Shown here: one piece after another, positions 16,806-25,727 of the stretch
Position numbering within the stretch: position 1 is the stretch's first letter
Layout of the letters: the number at the start of each line of letters is the position of its first letter
From: Akkermansia muciniphila ATCC BAA-835
Lineage (GTDB): Bacteria > Verrucomicrobiota > Verrucomicrobiia > Verrucomicrobiales > Akkermansiaceae
Assembly: GCF_000020225.1 (NCBI RefSeq)
Contig: NC_010655.1
Span: forward strand, 1,050,001-1,082,000
Direction: 5' to 3'
Length of the DNA: 32,000 bases
Position numbers and translations under genes: made by a program
Notes under the pieces: generated by a model
Seen by the model: the letters and a program-made list of their open reading frames with translations, nothing else
Told to the model about the DNA's origin: nothing
The model's database searches: none

Positions 16806-16957
16806 AATATCCAGTCGTCCCGCGGGGCTGGATGATGCCTGTTTTTTCATTGCCCCCCGGCGCGGCGCATGCGCTCAAGCGGAGGTGAGGGCCAGGCGGC
16901 CCGGACAGTTCCGGATTGAGCGTCCCGGGGATGTTTCCTCCTCCGTACGGCGCGGGA

Positions 16958-17716
16958 TTATTCCCTGCCGCGGGCGTTCAGGAAAATGAACACGTAATAC
17001 AGCAGCATGGCCAGGGAGGAAAGCGCTCCTACCACGTAAGTCATGGCGGCCCAGAACAGGGCGCTCTTGGCCTTTCCATGGTCGAAATAGTTCATCAGGT
17101 GGGAGCGGTCCAGCCATTTCAGGGCCCTGGCGGAGGCGTCAAATTCCACGGGAAGCGTGATGAACGCGAAGGCTGTGGTCACGGCAAACAGGCCGATGCC
17201 CAGCCCCAGCACCCACGGAGAGCCGCCCATGGCCAGCAGCACAATGCCGATCATCAGCACAATGCCCACCAGGTTGGAGGAGAGCTGGACGATGGGAACC
17301 AGCGCGGACCGCAAGCCCAGCCAGTGATAAGCCTGGGCGTGCTGCACGGCATGCCCTACTTCATGGGCGGCGACGGCAGCGGCGGCAATGCTGTTGGAAT
17401 TGTAAACGGACTCGCTCAGGTTGACGGTTTTGTCCGCCGGATTGTAATGGTCCGTCAGATGGCCGGGCGTGGAAATCACCTTCACGTCCGTAATATGGTT
17501 GTCCTTCAGCATCTGCTCCGCCACCTGCCTCCCTGTTACGGGAATGGAAATCTGGGAGTATTCGCTGAAGCGGCTCTTCATGCGCGCACTGACCAGCCAG
17601 CTCAGAAGCATGGAGCCCAGCAGAATCAACCAGTAAATGGTATAGGAATGCGTTGGGGCGGTTTCCGCCGTCTGTACCGTATAAGAAAGGAGATCGATAT
17701 TGAATAACTCAATCAT
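16958..17716 (-). CDS. Membrane zinc metallopeptidase, YugP/Zn_peptidase_2 family
   Basis: HEVGHAVQH (HExxH) motif, one N-terminal and several C-terminal TM helices, and NPADKTVNLSESVY, typical of the YugP family. Confidence 0.88.
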   Translation of the reverse strand: MIELFNIDLLSYTVQTAETAPTHSYTIYWLILLGSMLLSWLVSARMKSRFSEYSQISIPVTGRQVAEQMLKDNHITDVKVISTPGHLTDHYNPADKTVNLSESVYNSNSIAAAAVAAHEVGHAVQHAQAYHWLGLRSALVPIVQLSSNLVGIVLMIGIVLLAMGGSPWVLGLGIGLFAVTTAFAFITLPVEFDASARALKWLDRSHLMNYFDHGKAKSALFWAAMTYVVGALSSLAMLLYYVFIFLNARGRE

Positions 17717-17830
17717 TGCAAATTTGACCTTATATCATCAGGCTTTGTTGAATCCAGAGGGTGCCGTGTCAGCCTCCGGAGGGAGTCCCCCGGCTTCTGT
17801 CATACGGAAATGTGCGGAAAAACGGAGAAT

Positions 17831-18289
17831 TCAATCATCCGTTTTTTGGGAGAGGAGCTTGCCGTCCGGCGAATAATAAAGCTCCACTTTGCGCACGGCG
17901 GGGGATTCGGACCGGCAGTCCACCCGGTACTTCAGGACTCCCCGGGCGGTAATCTGCCTGGCGCGGCGGAGGGCATACCCCGGGAAATCGCGGGCGATGG
18001 CCGCCGTAACGGGGGCTGGAAGATGCTGGAGGGAAATATCCGCCTTAACCAGGCTGACAGTGCCGTCGGGATACAATTTCACCTCGTATTCCAGTCCATT
18101 GAGGTGGAATTCGGCTTCATAGACATCTTCGTCATTGTCGAAATCCCATTCAATGGCGCCTGCGTTCGGATACTGCTTCTGTACCTGCTCTTTCACGGGG
18201 GCGGGAACGCGGGAGGCCGGGATATCCGCCAGGGCGGGCAAAGTGAATGCCGCGGCAAGAGTAGCTGTAAGGGTGCGTGAAATATTCAT
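17831..18289 (-). CDS. PepSY-like secreted protein (paralog of 16280-16723)
   Basis: Signal peptide ...LPALADIP. YPNAGAIEWDFDNDEDVYEAEFHLNGLEYEVKLYPDGTV aligns with the paralog. It is co-directional with the Zn peptidase and 114 nt upstream of it. Confidence 0.8.
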   Translation of the reverse strand: MNISRTLTATLAAAFTLPALADIPASRVPAPVKEQVQKQYPNAGAIEWDFDNDEDVYEAEFHLNGLEYEVKLYPDGTVSLVKADISLQHLPAPVTAAIARDFPGYALRRARQITARGVLKYRVDCRSESPAVRKVELYYSPDGKLLSQKTDD

Positions 18290-18429
18290 AAATACGGAAT
18301 AATTGTATTTATTAAAAAAACAAGAATCTTTTGCGGATGTTTTGTGACAATTTAGCCATCAATGAAATGAATCCGGGCATGGCGGGGTTTCTTGTCGCCA
18401 AAAAGCGGATGGTGGAGTTGAATGGCGGC

Positions 18430-19950
18430 ATGCAACAGGGTATTGTCTATTTGCTTGGAGCGGGTCCCGGCGACCCCGGCCTGATAACCGTCCGCGGGCG
18501 GGAACTGGTGGGAATGGCGGAAGTGCTGGTATATGATGCGCTGAGTTCGGCGGAAATGCTGAACTGGGCTCCTGCTGCATGCGAAAGGATTTTTGTGGGC
18601 AAGCGGGCTTCCCGCCACGCCCTGCCGCAGGAGGAAATCAACGCCCTGCTGGTCAGGCTGGGCCGTGCCGGGAAAAAAGTGGTGCGCCTGAAAGGGGGCG
18701 ACCCCTACGTCTTCGGGCGCGGGGGGGAGGAGGCGGACGCCCTGCATGAAGCGGGCATCCCTTTTGAAGTTGTTCCGGGCGTTACTTCCGCCATTGCGGG
18801 GCCTGCCTACGCAGGCATTCCCGTGACGCACCGCGGGTACTGCACGCAGTTTACCGTATTTACGGGCCATGAAGGCGAGAACAAGAAGGCGTCTTCCCTG
18901 GATTTGAGGGGAATAGCCGAGGCGCAGGGCACGAAAGTCATGCTGATGGGAATGCGGAAACTGGCGGATGTATGCGAAGCCCTGATCGGGTACGGGCAGG
19001 AACCGTCTGTGCCTGCCGCCGCCGTCCAGTGGGCCACCACGGGCATTCAGCGCACGGTTACGGGAACTGTGAAAACACTGCCCGCCAGGGTGCAGAAGGC
19101 CGGGTTGGGCGCTCCCGCAGTAGTTGTCATCGGGGATGTGGTGAAAGAACGCGAGTCCCTGAACTGGTTTGAAAAACTGCCCCTGTTCGGCAAGCGCATC
19201 GTGGTGACGCGCACCCGTGCCCAGGCCGGGGAATTGAGCGCGCGCCTGCGCCGCCTGGGGGCGGAAGTGCTGGAGATGCCTGTCATACGCATTGCCCCGC
19301 CCTCCAACAGGAGGGAATTTGCGGAAAGCGTGGTGCATGCCCACACATATGACTGGCTGGTGTTTTCCAGCCCCAACGGGGTGGAACGCTTCTTCCAGGC
19401 GTTTTTTGCCGTGTACAGGGACATCCGGAGCATTGGAGGAGCCAGGATTGCGGCCATCGGGCCAGGGACGGAGGCGAAGCTCCGGGAATACGGGCTGGCC
19501 GTGGATGTCATGCCTAAAAAGTTTGTGGCGGAGGGCCTCGTTAAAGCGTTCAGGGACGCACGCGAAGAAATAGGAACCATTGAACACAGCACATTCCTGT
19601 GGGTGCGCGGAGAAGAAGCGCGCCGCGTGATTTACGACGGGTTGAATGCGCTGGGCGCCATTGTGGACGAATGCATCGCCTACAAAACGGAAGCGGAAAC
19701 GGAGGATGTGGCGGGAGCCCAGGCGGCTTTCCGCGAACGCGGAGCGGACATCGTGACGTTCACCAGTTCCTCCACGGCGGAGAACTTTTTCAAGCTGGGG
19801 CTTCCGTGGCCGGAGGGATGCAGGGCCGCCAGCATCGGCCCGGTAACCACGGCAACCCTCAAGGAGCTGGGGCATGCCCCTTCAATTACAGCGAAAACAC
19901 ACGATATCAACGGTCTGGTGGAAGCCATCGTCAAGGCCGCCGGCAAATAG
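18430..19950 (+). CDS. cobA: Bifunctional uroporphyrinogen-III C-methyltransferase / uroporphyrinogen-III synthase (CobA-HemD fusion)
   Basis: N-terminal tetrapyrrole methylase: VYLLGAGPGDPGLITVRG, VVRLKGGDPYVFGRGGEE, VVPGVTSA. C-terminal HemD-like half begins at GKRIVVTRTRAQAGELSARL. Start chosen at ATG 18430 (MQQGIVYLLGAGPGD); the in-frame upstream starts 18331, 18367 and 18409 cannot be excluded. Confidence 0.88.
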   Translation: MQQGIVYLLGAGPGDPGLITVRGRELVGMAEVLVYDALSSAEMLNWAPAACERIFVGKRASRHALPQEEINALLVRLGRAGKKVVRLKGGDPYVFGRGGEEADALHEAGIPFEVVPGVTSAIAGPAYAGIPVTHRGYCTQFTVFTGHEGENKKASSLDLRGIAEAQGTKVMLMGMRKLADVCEALIGYGQEPSVPAAAVQWATTGIQRTVTGTVKTLPARVQKAGLGAPAVVVIGDVVKERESLNWFEKLPLFGKRIVVTRTRAQAGELSARLRRLGAEVLEMPVIRIAPPSNRREFAESVVHAHTYDWLVFSSPNGVERFFQAFFAVYRDIRSIGGARIAAIGPGTEAKLREYGLAVDVMPKKFVAEGLVKAFRDAREEIGTIEHSTFLWVRGEEARRVIYDGLNALGAIVDECIAYKTEAETEDVAGAQAAFRERGADIVTFTSSSTAENFFKLGLPWPEGCRAASIGPVTTATLKELGHAPSITAKTHDINGLVEAIVKAAGK

Positions 19951-20018
19951 GGAAAACGGCGCGGACGGCGTGAAACGCCGGGCCGGGCAGATGGGAAATA
20001 CAAGGCGGGGAACGCCGT

Positions 20019-20456
20019 TTAAAAGCCATTGACGGCTTCCCAGCCGATGACCTTCCCGTCTTCAAACAGGACATTGCAGGAGACGGGCGGGCGGCTGCCC
20101 AGGGGCATCGTGACGCCTATCCCGGTGCCTATGCCGGAATCCCTGCCCCGGAATCCTCCTCCGCCCAGGCCCAGGGACCAGCCCGTGCCGCTCCGCGTGT
20201 AAATCCACCGTTCCGTATTCTTCCCGTTCATCCTGCCCGCCATTTTCTGTTCGGGTTCCCCCCATGCCAGCAGAACCGCCATGGGAGACATTCCTTTTTC
20301 CAGCTCCCCGCGCGCCACTTTGGCCTGATGCTCCTTCGGGAGCTGTTCATAAGCCGGCATATTCTTCGCAATGCGGTCGGACGGTGCTGGGGAGCAGGCT
20401 GCCAGCAGCACGAGGCAGGAAGGAAGAAGAACGAAAGAAAAACCGGTTTTCATCAT
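20019..20456 (-). CDS. Lipoprotein of unknown function (weak BamE/SmpA_OmlA-like motif, Gly-rich segment)
   Basis: I chose the ATG at 20456, giving MMKTGFSFVLLPSCLVLLAAC (lipobox LLAAC). GMSPMAVLLAWGEPEQK resembles the SmpA/OmlA motif. Confidence 0.65.
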   Translation of the reverse strand: MMKTGFSFVLLPSCLVLLAACSPAPSDRIAKNMPAYEQLPKEHQAKVARGELEKGMSPMAVLLAWGEPEQKMAGRMNGKNTERWIYTRSGTGWSLGLGGGGFRGRDSGIGTGIGVTMPLGSRPPVSCNVLFEDGKVIGWEAVNGF

Positions 20457-20693
20457 CCCGTAAATAGCACGGCGGCGGATGGCAGGCAAGGTGGCAGAGC
20501 GGCTTTTCGGAAAAATGGAGATGAGGGAATCCGTTATTTTGACATAAAAGCGCGCTTTTCCCGTAAATACATAATTGGTTATTGACAAGCATGGGGGGTA
20601 GGGGAGTAGGAATTCAGCTCCAAATGCAACGCCCCCTTCCCCGTGCGGGCAGCGTCGCTTTTATTGTTCAGCACTTTTTTCCGAGCCGCCGAT

Positions 20694-23303
20694 ATGTCCA
20701 AAACGTTAATTATAGCAGAAAAGCCGAGCGTCGCCACTGATTTGGCGAGAGTGCTCGGCAAAGAGCTTGGAAAATTCACCCGGGACAAGTCCGGGGCATT
20801 TTACCAGAATGACCGGGCCATCATCACCTCTGCCGTAGGCCATCTGCTGGAACAGAAAAAACCCATGACGGAAGAAGGAAAGTCCCTGCCGTGGAAATTC
20901 GACTATCTGCCCGTCATCCCCAGGAAGTTTGAACTGGAACCCATCAAGCAGTCGGAAGACCGTTTGAAAAAGGTTCTTCAGCTTGCCAGGAGCAAGGACG
21001 TCACGGAAATCGTCAACGCATGCGATGCCGGGCGTGAAGGGGAACTGATCTTTCACAATCTGGCGCGTTACGGAAAATGGACCAAGCCTACGCGGCGCTT
21101 ATGGATGCAGTCCATGACAGATGAGGCCATCCTCAACGCATGGCATGGCATGCGCAGCGAAGCTGACATGAAGCCCCTGACGAATGCCGCCGTGTGCCGT
21201 TCCGAATCAGACTGGCTGGTGGGGCTGAACAGCACCCGCGCCTTGACGATCCTGCAATCCCGCGGCGGCTTCAACGTCACCCCCGCCGGGCGCGTGCAGA
21301 CGCCCACGCTGGCTATTCTGACGCAGAGGGAATTGGAAATCCAGGCGTTTGAACCGGAGCCCTATTCGGAAGTATGGGCCGAATTCGACGTTCAGTCCGG
21401 CTCTTACTCCGGCCGCTGGATTGACCGTGACTGGAAGAAAAACGATCATCCCCACTCCCGCGCGGAGCGCATCTGGGATCCGGAACAGGCGGCCGTCATC
21501 CGCGACCGCTGCCGCGGCAAAGCCGGCACGGTGACGGAAGAAAAGAAACCGGTCACGACGGTCGCCCCGCTGTTGTATGACCTGACTTCCCTTCAGCGGG
21601 AAGCCGCCAACCGCTACGGTTTTTCCGCCAAGCGCACGCTGCAGCTGGCCCAGGAATGCTATGAAAAGCACAAGGTGCTCACTTATCCGCGTACGGACTC
21701 CCGCTACCTGCCGGAAGATTATCTGGGCAAGGTTTACGGCATCGTAGGCACGGTGGCGGAGCAGAACCCGGAATTCGCCCCCTTTGCCAGGGACATTCTG
21801 GACAACAAGCGCATCAAGCCCAACCGGCGCGTGTTTGATACAAAAAAGGTGAGCGACCACTTTGCCATCATCCCGACCGGGAAGATGGAGAAGCTTACCG
21901 GGGACGCGCAGAAACTCTTTGAAATGGTCATGGCCCGTTTCCTGGCCGTCTTCTTCCCCGCTGCCGTGTTTGAAGACACGCGGAGAACCACGCTCATTAC
22001 CCACCAGGACGGCGTGACGGACGCTTTCCTGACCACGGGCCGGGTGCTTGTGGAGCCGGGCTGGCAGGCCGTTTACGGACGGAAGGCCGGCACTTCCTCC
22101 AAGGAGGAGCTGGTGCCCGTCCGCGACGGGGAGCAGGCCGCCTTGCGTGAGATTGAAATCCGCAACGCCATGACCAAGCCGCCCGCCCGGTACAACGAAG
22201 CCACGCTGCTGGCTGCCATGGAGGGGGCAGGAAAACTGGTGCATGACGAAGAACTGGCCGCCGCCATGAGCGAACGCGGCCTGGGCACTCCCGCCACCCG
22301 CGCCTCCATCATTGAAGGGCTGATTTCCCAGGAATACATCGTCCGGGACGGCCGCGAACTTCTGGCGACGCGCCGCGGGATTGAACTGATTGCCCTGCTG
22401 GAACGCATCGGCCTGAAAACGCTCACCTCCCCCAGCCTGACTGGGGAATGGGAATACAAGCTCAAGCAGATGGAACAGGCCGCCCTGCCGAGGGATTCCT
22501 TCATGGAGGGCATTAAGACCCTGACCGGGGAAATCGTGAAGAGGGTGAAGGATTTCCGGGAAGCCCAGCAGCAGGTGGAACTGCCGGAAATGGAATTGGA
22601 CTGCCCTTCCTGCCATGCCCACGGCCTGAAAAACACGCTGGACGCCGTTTCCTGCCGTTCCTGCAAGTTCAGCATCCGCAAAGTTATCTCCGGCCGCGAC
22701 ATGGCGGATGAAGAATTGAAGACCCTTATTGTGGACGGCAGGACGGGAATTCTCCACGGATTTACCTCCCGGTTCGGCAAGCCCTTTGAGGCGGGGCTGG
22801 AACTCAACGACAAATTCCGGGCCACGCTTTACTTCCCGGCGCGGGAGGAAGATGAAGCCGCAGGGGTGGAGGAAGCCGTGAAAGTGGCTTCCGTCGCCAT
22901 TCCGGACATGGGAGAGCATGATGTGATGGAAACGGCCAAGGCCTGGAAAATTCCTTCCCTGACCCTTGGAAAGGAACATGCCGCCGTCTCCGTTTCCCGG
23001 ACTATCCTGGGACGTGAAATCCCGCTGGACCAGGTATTGAAGATTTTGGCGGAAGGAAAATCCGATCTGATGAAGGGGTTCATTTCGCAGCGTACCAAGC
23101 GTCCGTTTGACGCTTATCTGGTCTTCAATGCAAAGACGGGGAAAATAGGTTTTGAATTCCCGCCGCGGGAAAGGAAATATCCCGCTAAAAACGCTGCCGG
23201 AAAAACGGAAGGCAAGGCGGAGAAGACGGGCCGGAACGCCGCCAAAACTGCCGGGAAAGACTCCAAATCCGGGGGGGCTGCCAAAAAGGGGCGCAAGCAA
23301 TAA
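20694..23303 (+). CDS. topB: DNA topoisomerase III with an extended C-terminal region
   Basis: Toprim [14 protein letters not shown] and [17 protein letters not shown]-like AVGHLLEQ. Active-site [13 protein letters not shown]-terminal CPSCHAHG...CRSCKF zinc ribbon. Repeat-like segments ([12 protein letters not shown]...; [23 protein letters not shown]) and a Lys-rich tail. Start at ATG 20694 rather than the upstream track start 20643. Confidence 0.93.
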   Translation: MSKTLIIAEKPSVATDLARVLGKELGKFTRDKSGAFYQNDRAIITSAVGHLLEQKKPMTEEGKSLPWKFDYLPVIPRKFELEPIKQSEDRLKKVLQLARSKDVTEIVNACDAGREGELIFHNLARYGKWTKPTRRLWMQSMTDEAILNAWHGMRSEADMKPLTNAAVCRSESDWLVGLNSTRALTILQSRGGFNVTPAGRVQTPTLAILTQRELEIQAFEPEPYSEVWAEFDVQSGSYSGRWIDRDWKKNDHPHSRAERIWDPEQAAVIRDRCRGKAGTVTEEKKPVTTVAPLLYDLTSLQREAANRYGFSAKRTLQLAQECYEKHKVLTYPRTDSRYLPEDYLGKVYGIVGTVAEQNPEFAPFARDILDNKRIKPNRRVFDTKKVSDHFAIIPTGKMEKLTGDAQKLFEMVMARFLAVFFPAAVFEDTRRTTLITHQDGVTDAFLTTGRVLVEPGWQAVYGRKAGTSSKEELVPVRDGEQAALREIEIRNAMTKPPARYNEATLLAAMEGAGKLVHDEELAAAMSERGLGTPATRASIIEGLISQEYIVRDGRELLATRRGIELIALLERIGLKTLTSPSLTGEWEYKLKQMEQAALPRDSFMEGIKTLTGEIVKRVKDFREAQQQVELPEMELDCPSCHAHGLKNTLDAVSCRSCKFSIRKVISGRDMADEELKTLIVDGRTGILHGFTSRFGKPFEAGLELNDKFRATLYFPAREEDEAAGVEEAVKVASVAIPDMGEHDVMETAKAWKIPSLTLGKEHAAVSVSRTILGREIPLDQVLKILAEGKSDLMKGFISQRTKRPFDAYLVFNAKTGKIGFEFPPRERKYPAKNAAGKTEGKAEKTGRNAAKTAGKDSKSGGAAKKGRKQ

Positions 23304-23345
23304 CGGCAGCGGAAACATTCCGCCGGGAACGAAGATTGGGAAAAG

Positions 23346-23371
23346 AGCCGGGAAAAAGCTTCTTCCCGGCT
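23346..23371 (+). terminator. Candidate terminator hairpin after topB (poor T-tract)
   Basis: 9-bp stem AGCCGGGAA / TTCCCGGCT with an 8-nt loop, followed by GTTCCCGTATGTT. Confidence 0.4.
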
Positions 23372-23415
23372 GTTCCCGTATGTTAGCTTGAAAGCGCACC
23401 CCTGGATTCCTGACG

Positions 23416-24588
23416 ATGAAATGCCTTTTATTTGCTGTGCTGGCGTGGTGCGGCGCGGTTTGTGCGCCGGCGGAGGAATATGCCTTTCCGGGGGAACGGG
23501 AATGGATTTCCAAATTTGGAGATGTGGTGAAGGGCAGATTCCATTCCTGCACAGGGGCCGGGGCAGTTCTGAAAATAGGGCGAAGGCATGTGGAAATTCC
23601 GTTAACCCGTCTGGATGAGGAAGACGCTGCGCTTGCGGCTTCTCTGACGGGAGCGGAGGCGCGCCGGAACCTGAAACTGGCCGCGATGCTTTGGCCTTTC
23701 CTGATGAAGGAACTGCAGAAGGTGACGTGGACGCCGGCAGAAAAGAATATCTCGCCCCGGTATCATGAAATGGCCCGGAAGAAGAATGCCGGAGCTTTAA
23801 CGGGAACCAGAAAAGTGGATGGACTGGTTTGTGCCACATCGCTTTCCATCATTCAGGGACCTCCGTTCCGTATCCGGGAATACTTCCGTCCGCAGGCGCG
23901 TCCGGAAAGCGGCAGGGGACAGAAGAATTTCGATGTGGTTCTGGAGCAGGGGAGCCGCTGCGCTTATTATGATATGGATAAGGGTGTTCTTATTCCCTCC
24001 AAATGCCTGTCTGAGGAACGGACGGAAATGCGCGCTCCCGTTTCCTCTCTGCTTCCTCCGGCAGAACAGCTTGCCGCGAGAGAATCAAAAAATTACAGGA
24101 ATGCGGATTACTCCCTGCTTGTGGAAAACCGCCCCGTCAAGGGAGCCTATGAAACGTGCAAGCCCAATTCCCTGGGAAGAAAAAAGCTGGTCATGTACTG
24201 GAATACGGAGGGTGAAATGGTTTGCGGCGTCATGAAGCTGGACTACGACAACATGCGCGTGGCCGCGTTATTCGATGGACGGCGGAAGCTGATGAACGCC
24301 CCTGGGCTTGGATATGCCGTGATTCTTTCCCGGCTGGATAAAAAAGGCAGGGGCTTGAAGGAGAAAGGCCGTTACTACCATGTGGCGCTGGCTGCAGACG
24401 GCCTGCCCGTGTATTATCATGAGGGCCCGGAAGATGAGGCCGCCATGAACCCGCTGCTTTACGGGAAACTACGCGATTCCGAGAAAAAGGCGGCTCTGGC
24501 GGAGGAGAAAAGACGTGAACAGGCATTCCGGGCCAGGCGGGAAGCCCGGCGGCGCCTGGTGGAATCCGCCAGGAAGCGTAATACCTGA
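23416..24588 (+). CDS. Secreted SHD1-domain protein, otherwise uncharacterised
   Basis: Signal peptide MKCLLFAVLAWCGAVCAPA. REWISKFGDVVKGRFHSCTGAGAVLKIGRRHVEIPLTRLDEEDAALAASL fits the SLA1-homology-domain-1 pattern (R-x-W-T/S ... L-S-x-E-D) common in Planctomycetes and Verrucomicrobia. The C-terminal tail is basic. Confidence 0.72.
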   Translation: MKCLLFAVLAWCGAVCAPAEEYAFPGEREWISKFGDVVKGRFHSCTGAGAVLKIGRRHVEIPLTRLDEEDAALAASLTGAEARRNLKLAAMLWPFLMKELQKVTWTPAEKNISPRYHEMARKKNAGALTGTRKVDGLVCATSLSIIQGPPFRIREYFRPQARPESGRGQKNFDVVLEQGSRCAYYDMDKGVLIPSKCLSEERTEMRAPVSSLLPPAEQLAARESKNYRNADYSLLVENRPVKGAYETCKPNSLGRKKLVMYWNTEGEMVCGVMKLDYDNMRVAALFDGRRKLMNAPGLGYAVILSRLDKKGRGLKEKGRYYHVALAADGLPVYYHEGPEDEAAMNPLLYGKLRDSEKKAALAEEKRREQAFRARREARRRLVESARKRNT

Positions 24589-24809
24589 AAATAGTTCCTG
24601 TCTTTTCGCGACGGGTATCCTTCTTTTCTGGAGAGCGTTCGTGAATGTTCTTCTCAGGAGCGCTGCCCTGGCGTATTTCCGGATTTTCCAGTCTTTCAGA
24701 AAGGCTGATTATTTATTCCTGCCGGGGAATTTTTCAGAACTATCCGAAATAATTAAAAAACGCTGTTGTTATCCGTTATCTGAAAGTTCCACGGTGCGGA
24801 ACAAACCCA

Positions 24810-25241
24810 TCACACGGATTCGGCTGGCTCTTTTTCCAGCGGTTTGTGATCTTCTATCAATCTTTTGATATCTTTTCTTGTTTTTTTATCTCTCGATTTT
24901 CCTAGCTTTCTGTAAATATCGGTCATGTCAAAGTAGATTAATTTTTCCTGACCCTGATCATTTCTAATAGAAATAATCTGAATATATTTGCCATCATGCA
25001 TGGTATATATGTACCCTAGTATGCCATATCCCTCATAGTGTTTCCTGATATATTCCTTCTGAGATTCCCTGATATCGTCTGTTTTCTTGATTCCTGTAAG
25101 AATAATAGGATTGATGATTGAATTTTCCCTGTCAATTTTCTGACTGCCGGGAATTACATCCTCCGAACCGGCGGCATTATTAATGCAAAAACAGGGAAAG
25201 CAGGCTATCGACAAAAAGGCAATTTTCAGTAATGGTTTCAT
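24810..25241 (-). CDS. Small secreted protein or lipoprotein, unknown function (low-GC islet gene 2)
   Basis: ATG start. Signal peptide MKPLLKIAFLSIACFPCFC. AT-rich codons. It lies 23 nt downstream of the preceding gene on the same strand. I recognise no family. Confidence 0.65.
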   Translation of the reverse strand: MKPLLKIAFLSIACFPCFCINNAAGSEDVIPGSQKIDRENSIINPIILTGIKKTDDIRESQKEYIRKHYEGYGILGYIYTMHDGKYIQIISIRNDQGQEKLIYFDMTDIYRKLGKSRDKKTRKDIKRLIEDHKPLEKEPAESV

Positions 25242-25264
25242 ATCAGTTTATTTATTAATCAGTT

Positions 25265-25669
25265 TTATTTATTTATGTTGTCATTGCAGCCGACGCAGGT
25301 GCAGCCTGCTTCGTTGCAGTTGCCGCATTGCAAACCGCATTCTTCTGTCAAACGCAGCCGGGCCATTGCGATGACTGTGCTTTCTCCTTCTGCATATGCC
25401 TCGGCTTTGCCCTCTTTTTCATCATCTGTACCGGTTACTACCGGGGTAATTGTCTTTCGCAGCGGTATTGGCCCCCCTGTCTCACCCGTGTGATGAACAC
25501 TTGTATACTTACAGGATATATAGACTGTGTAAGTGCGTTTGGCGTTGGCTACCCTGACTGGCTCTATGTTTAAATTTTTTAATTCGTATTCACATTTTAA
25601 TTCCTTTGCATTCCCATAATTGCAAATAACAAAGGTCAAAATGCCCAATAACTGCAATATCTTTTTCAT
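25265..25669 (-). CDS. Small secreted protein with a Cys-rich C-terminus, unknown function (low-GC islet gene 1)
   Basis: ATG at 25669 gives MKKILQLLGILTFVICNYGNA (signal peptide). The C-terminal ECGLQCGNCNEAGCTCVGCNDNINK has 7 Cys. The track start at 25687 is a TTG. Confidence 0.65.
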   Translation of the reverse strand: MKKILQLLGILTFVICNYGNAKELKCEYELKNLNIEPVRVANAKRTYTVYISCKYTSVHHTGETGGPIPLRKTITPVVTGTDDEKEGKAEAYAEGESTVIAMARLRLTEECGLQCGNCNEAGCTCVGCNDNINK

Positions 25670-25694
25670 CCTAAAATTATGGGACAATTTTGAT

Positions 25695-25727
25695 ATATGT
25701 AAACATATTTTTAATATGTTTTACATA
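25695..25727. promoter_or_regulatory. Two adjacent palindromes ATATGT-N2/3-ACATAt upstream of the islet operon (operator-like)
   Basis: ATATGTAAACATAT (25695-25708) is a perfect 6+2+6 palindrome. ATATGTTTTACATA(A) (25714-25728) is a near copy, with centres about 19 bp apart. They lie 26-60 nt upstream of the ATG at 25669 in a very AT-rich stretch. Confidence 0.4.

Noticed and set aside
18352-19875. 507-aa ORF antisense to cobA-hemD
   Set aside because: Shadow ORF. The plus-strand product has the canonical GAGPGDPGL methylase signature.
19951-20021. Nested hairpins between the convergent cobA-hemD and lipoprotein genes (AAACGGCG...CGCCGTTT; CGGCGT-GAA-ACGCCG)
   Set aside because: It is plausibly a bidirectional terminator, but the stems are short (6-8 bp) and there is no clear U-tract, so it is too weak to list as a feature.
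20589-20640. G-rich run GGGGGGTAGGGGAGTAGG, partly complementary to CCCCCTTCCCC, upstream of topB
   Set aside because: There are only two or three G-tracts, which is insufficient for a canonical G-quadruplex. The hairpin is imperfect with a 25-nt loop, and nothing indicates function.
21207-23552. 781-aa ORF antisense to topB
   Set aside because: Shadow ORF. Its composition (G, R, P, F, L runs) is not protein-like, and topB on the plus strand has unambiguous catalytic motifs.
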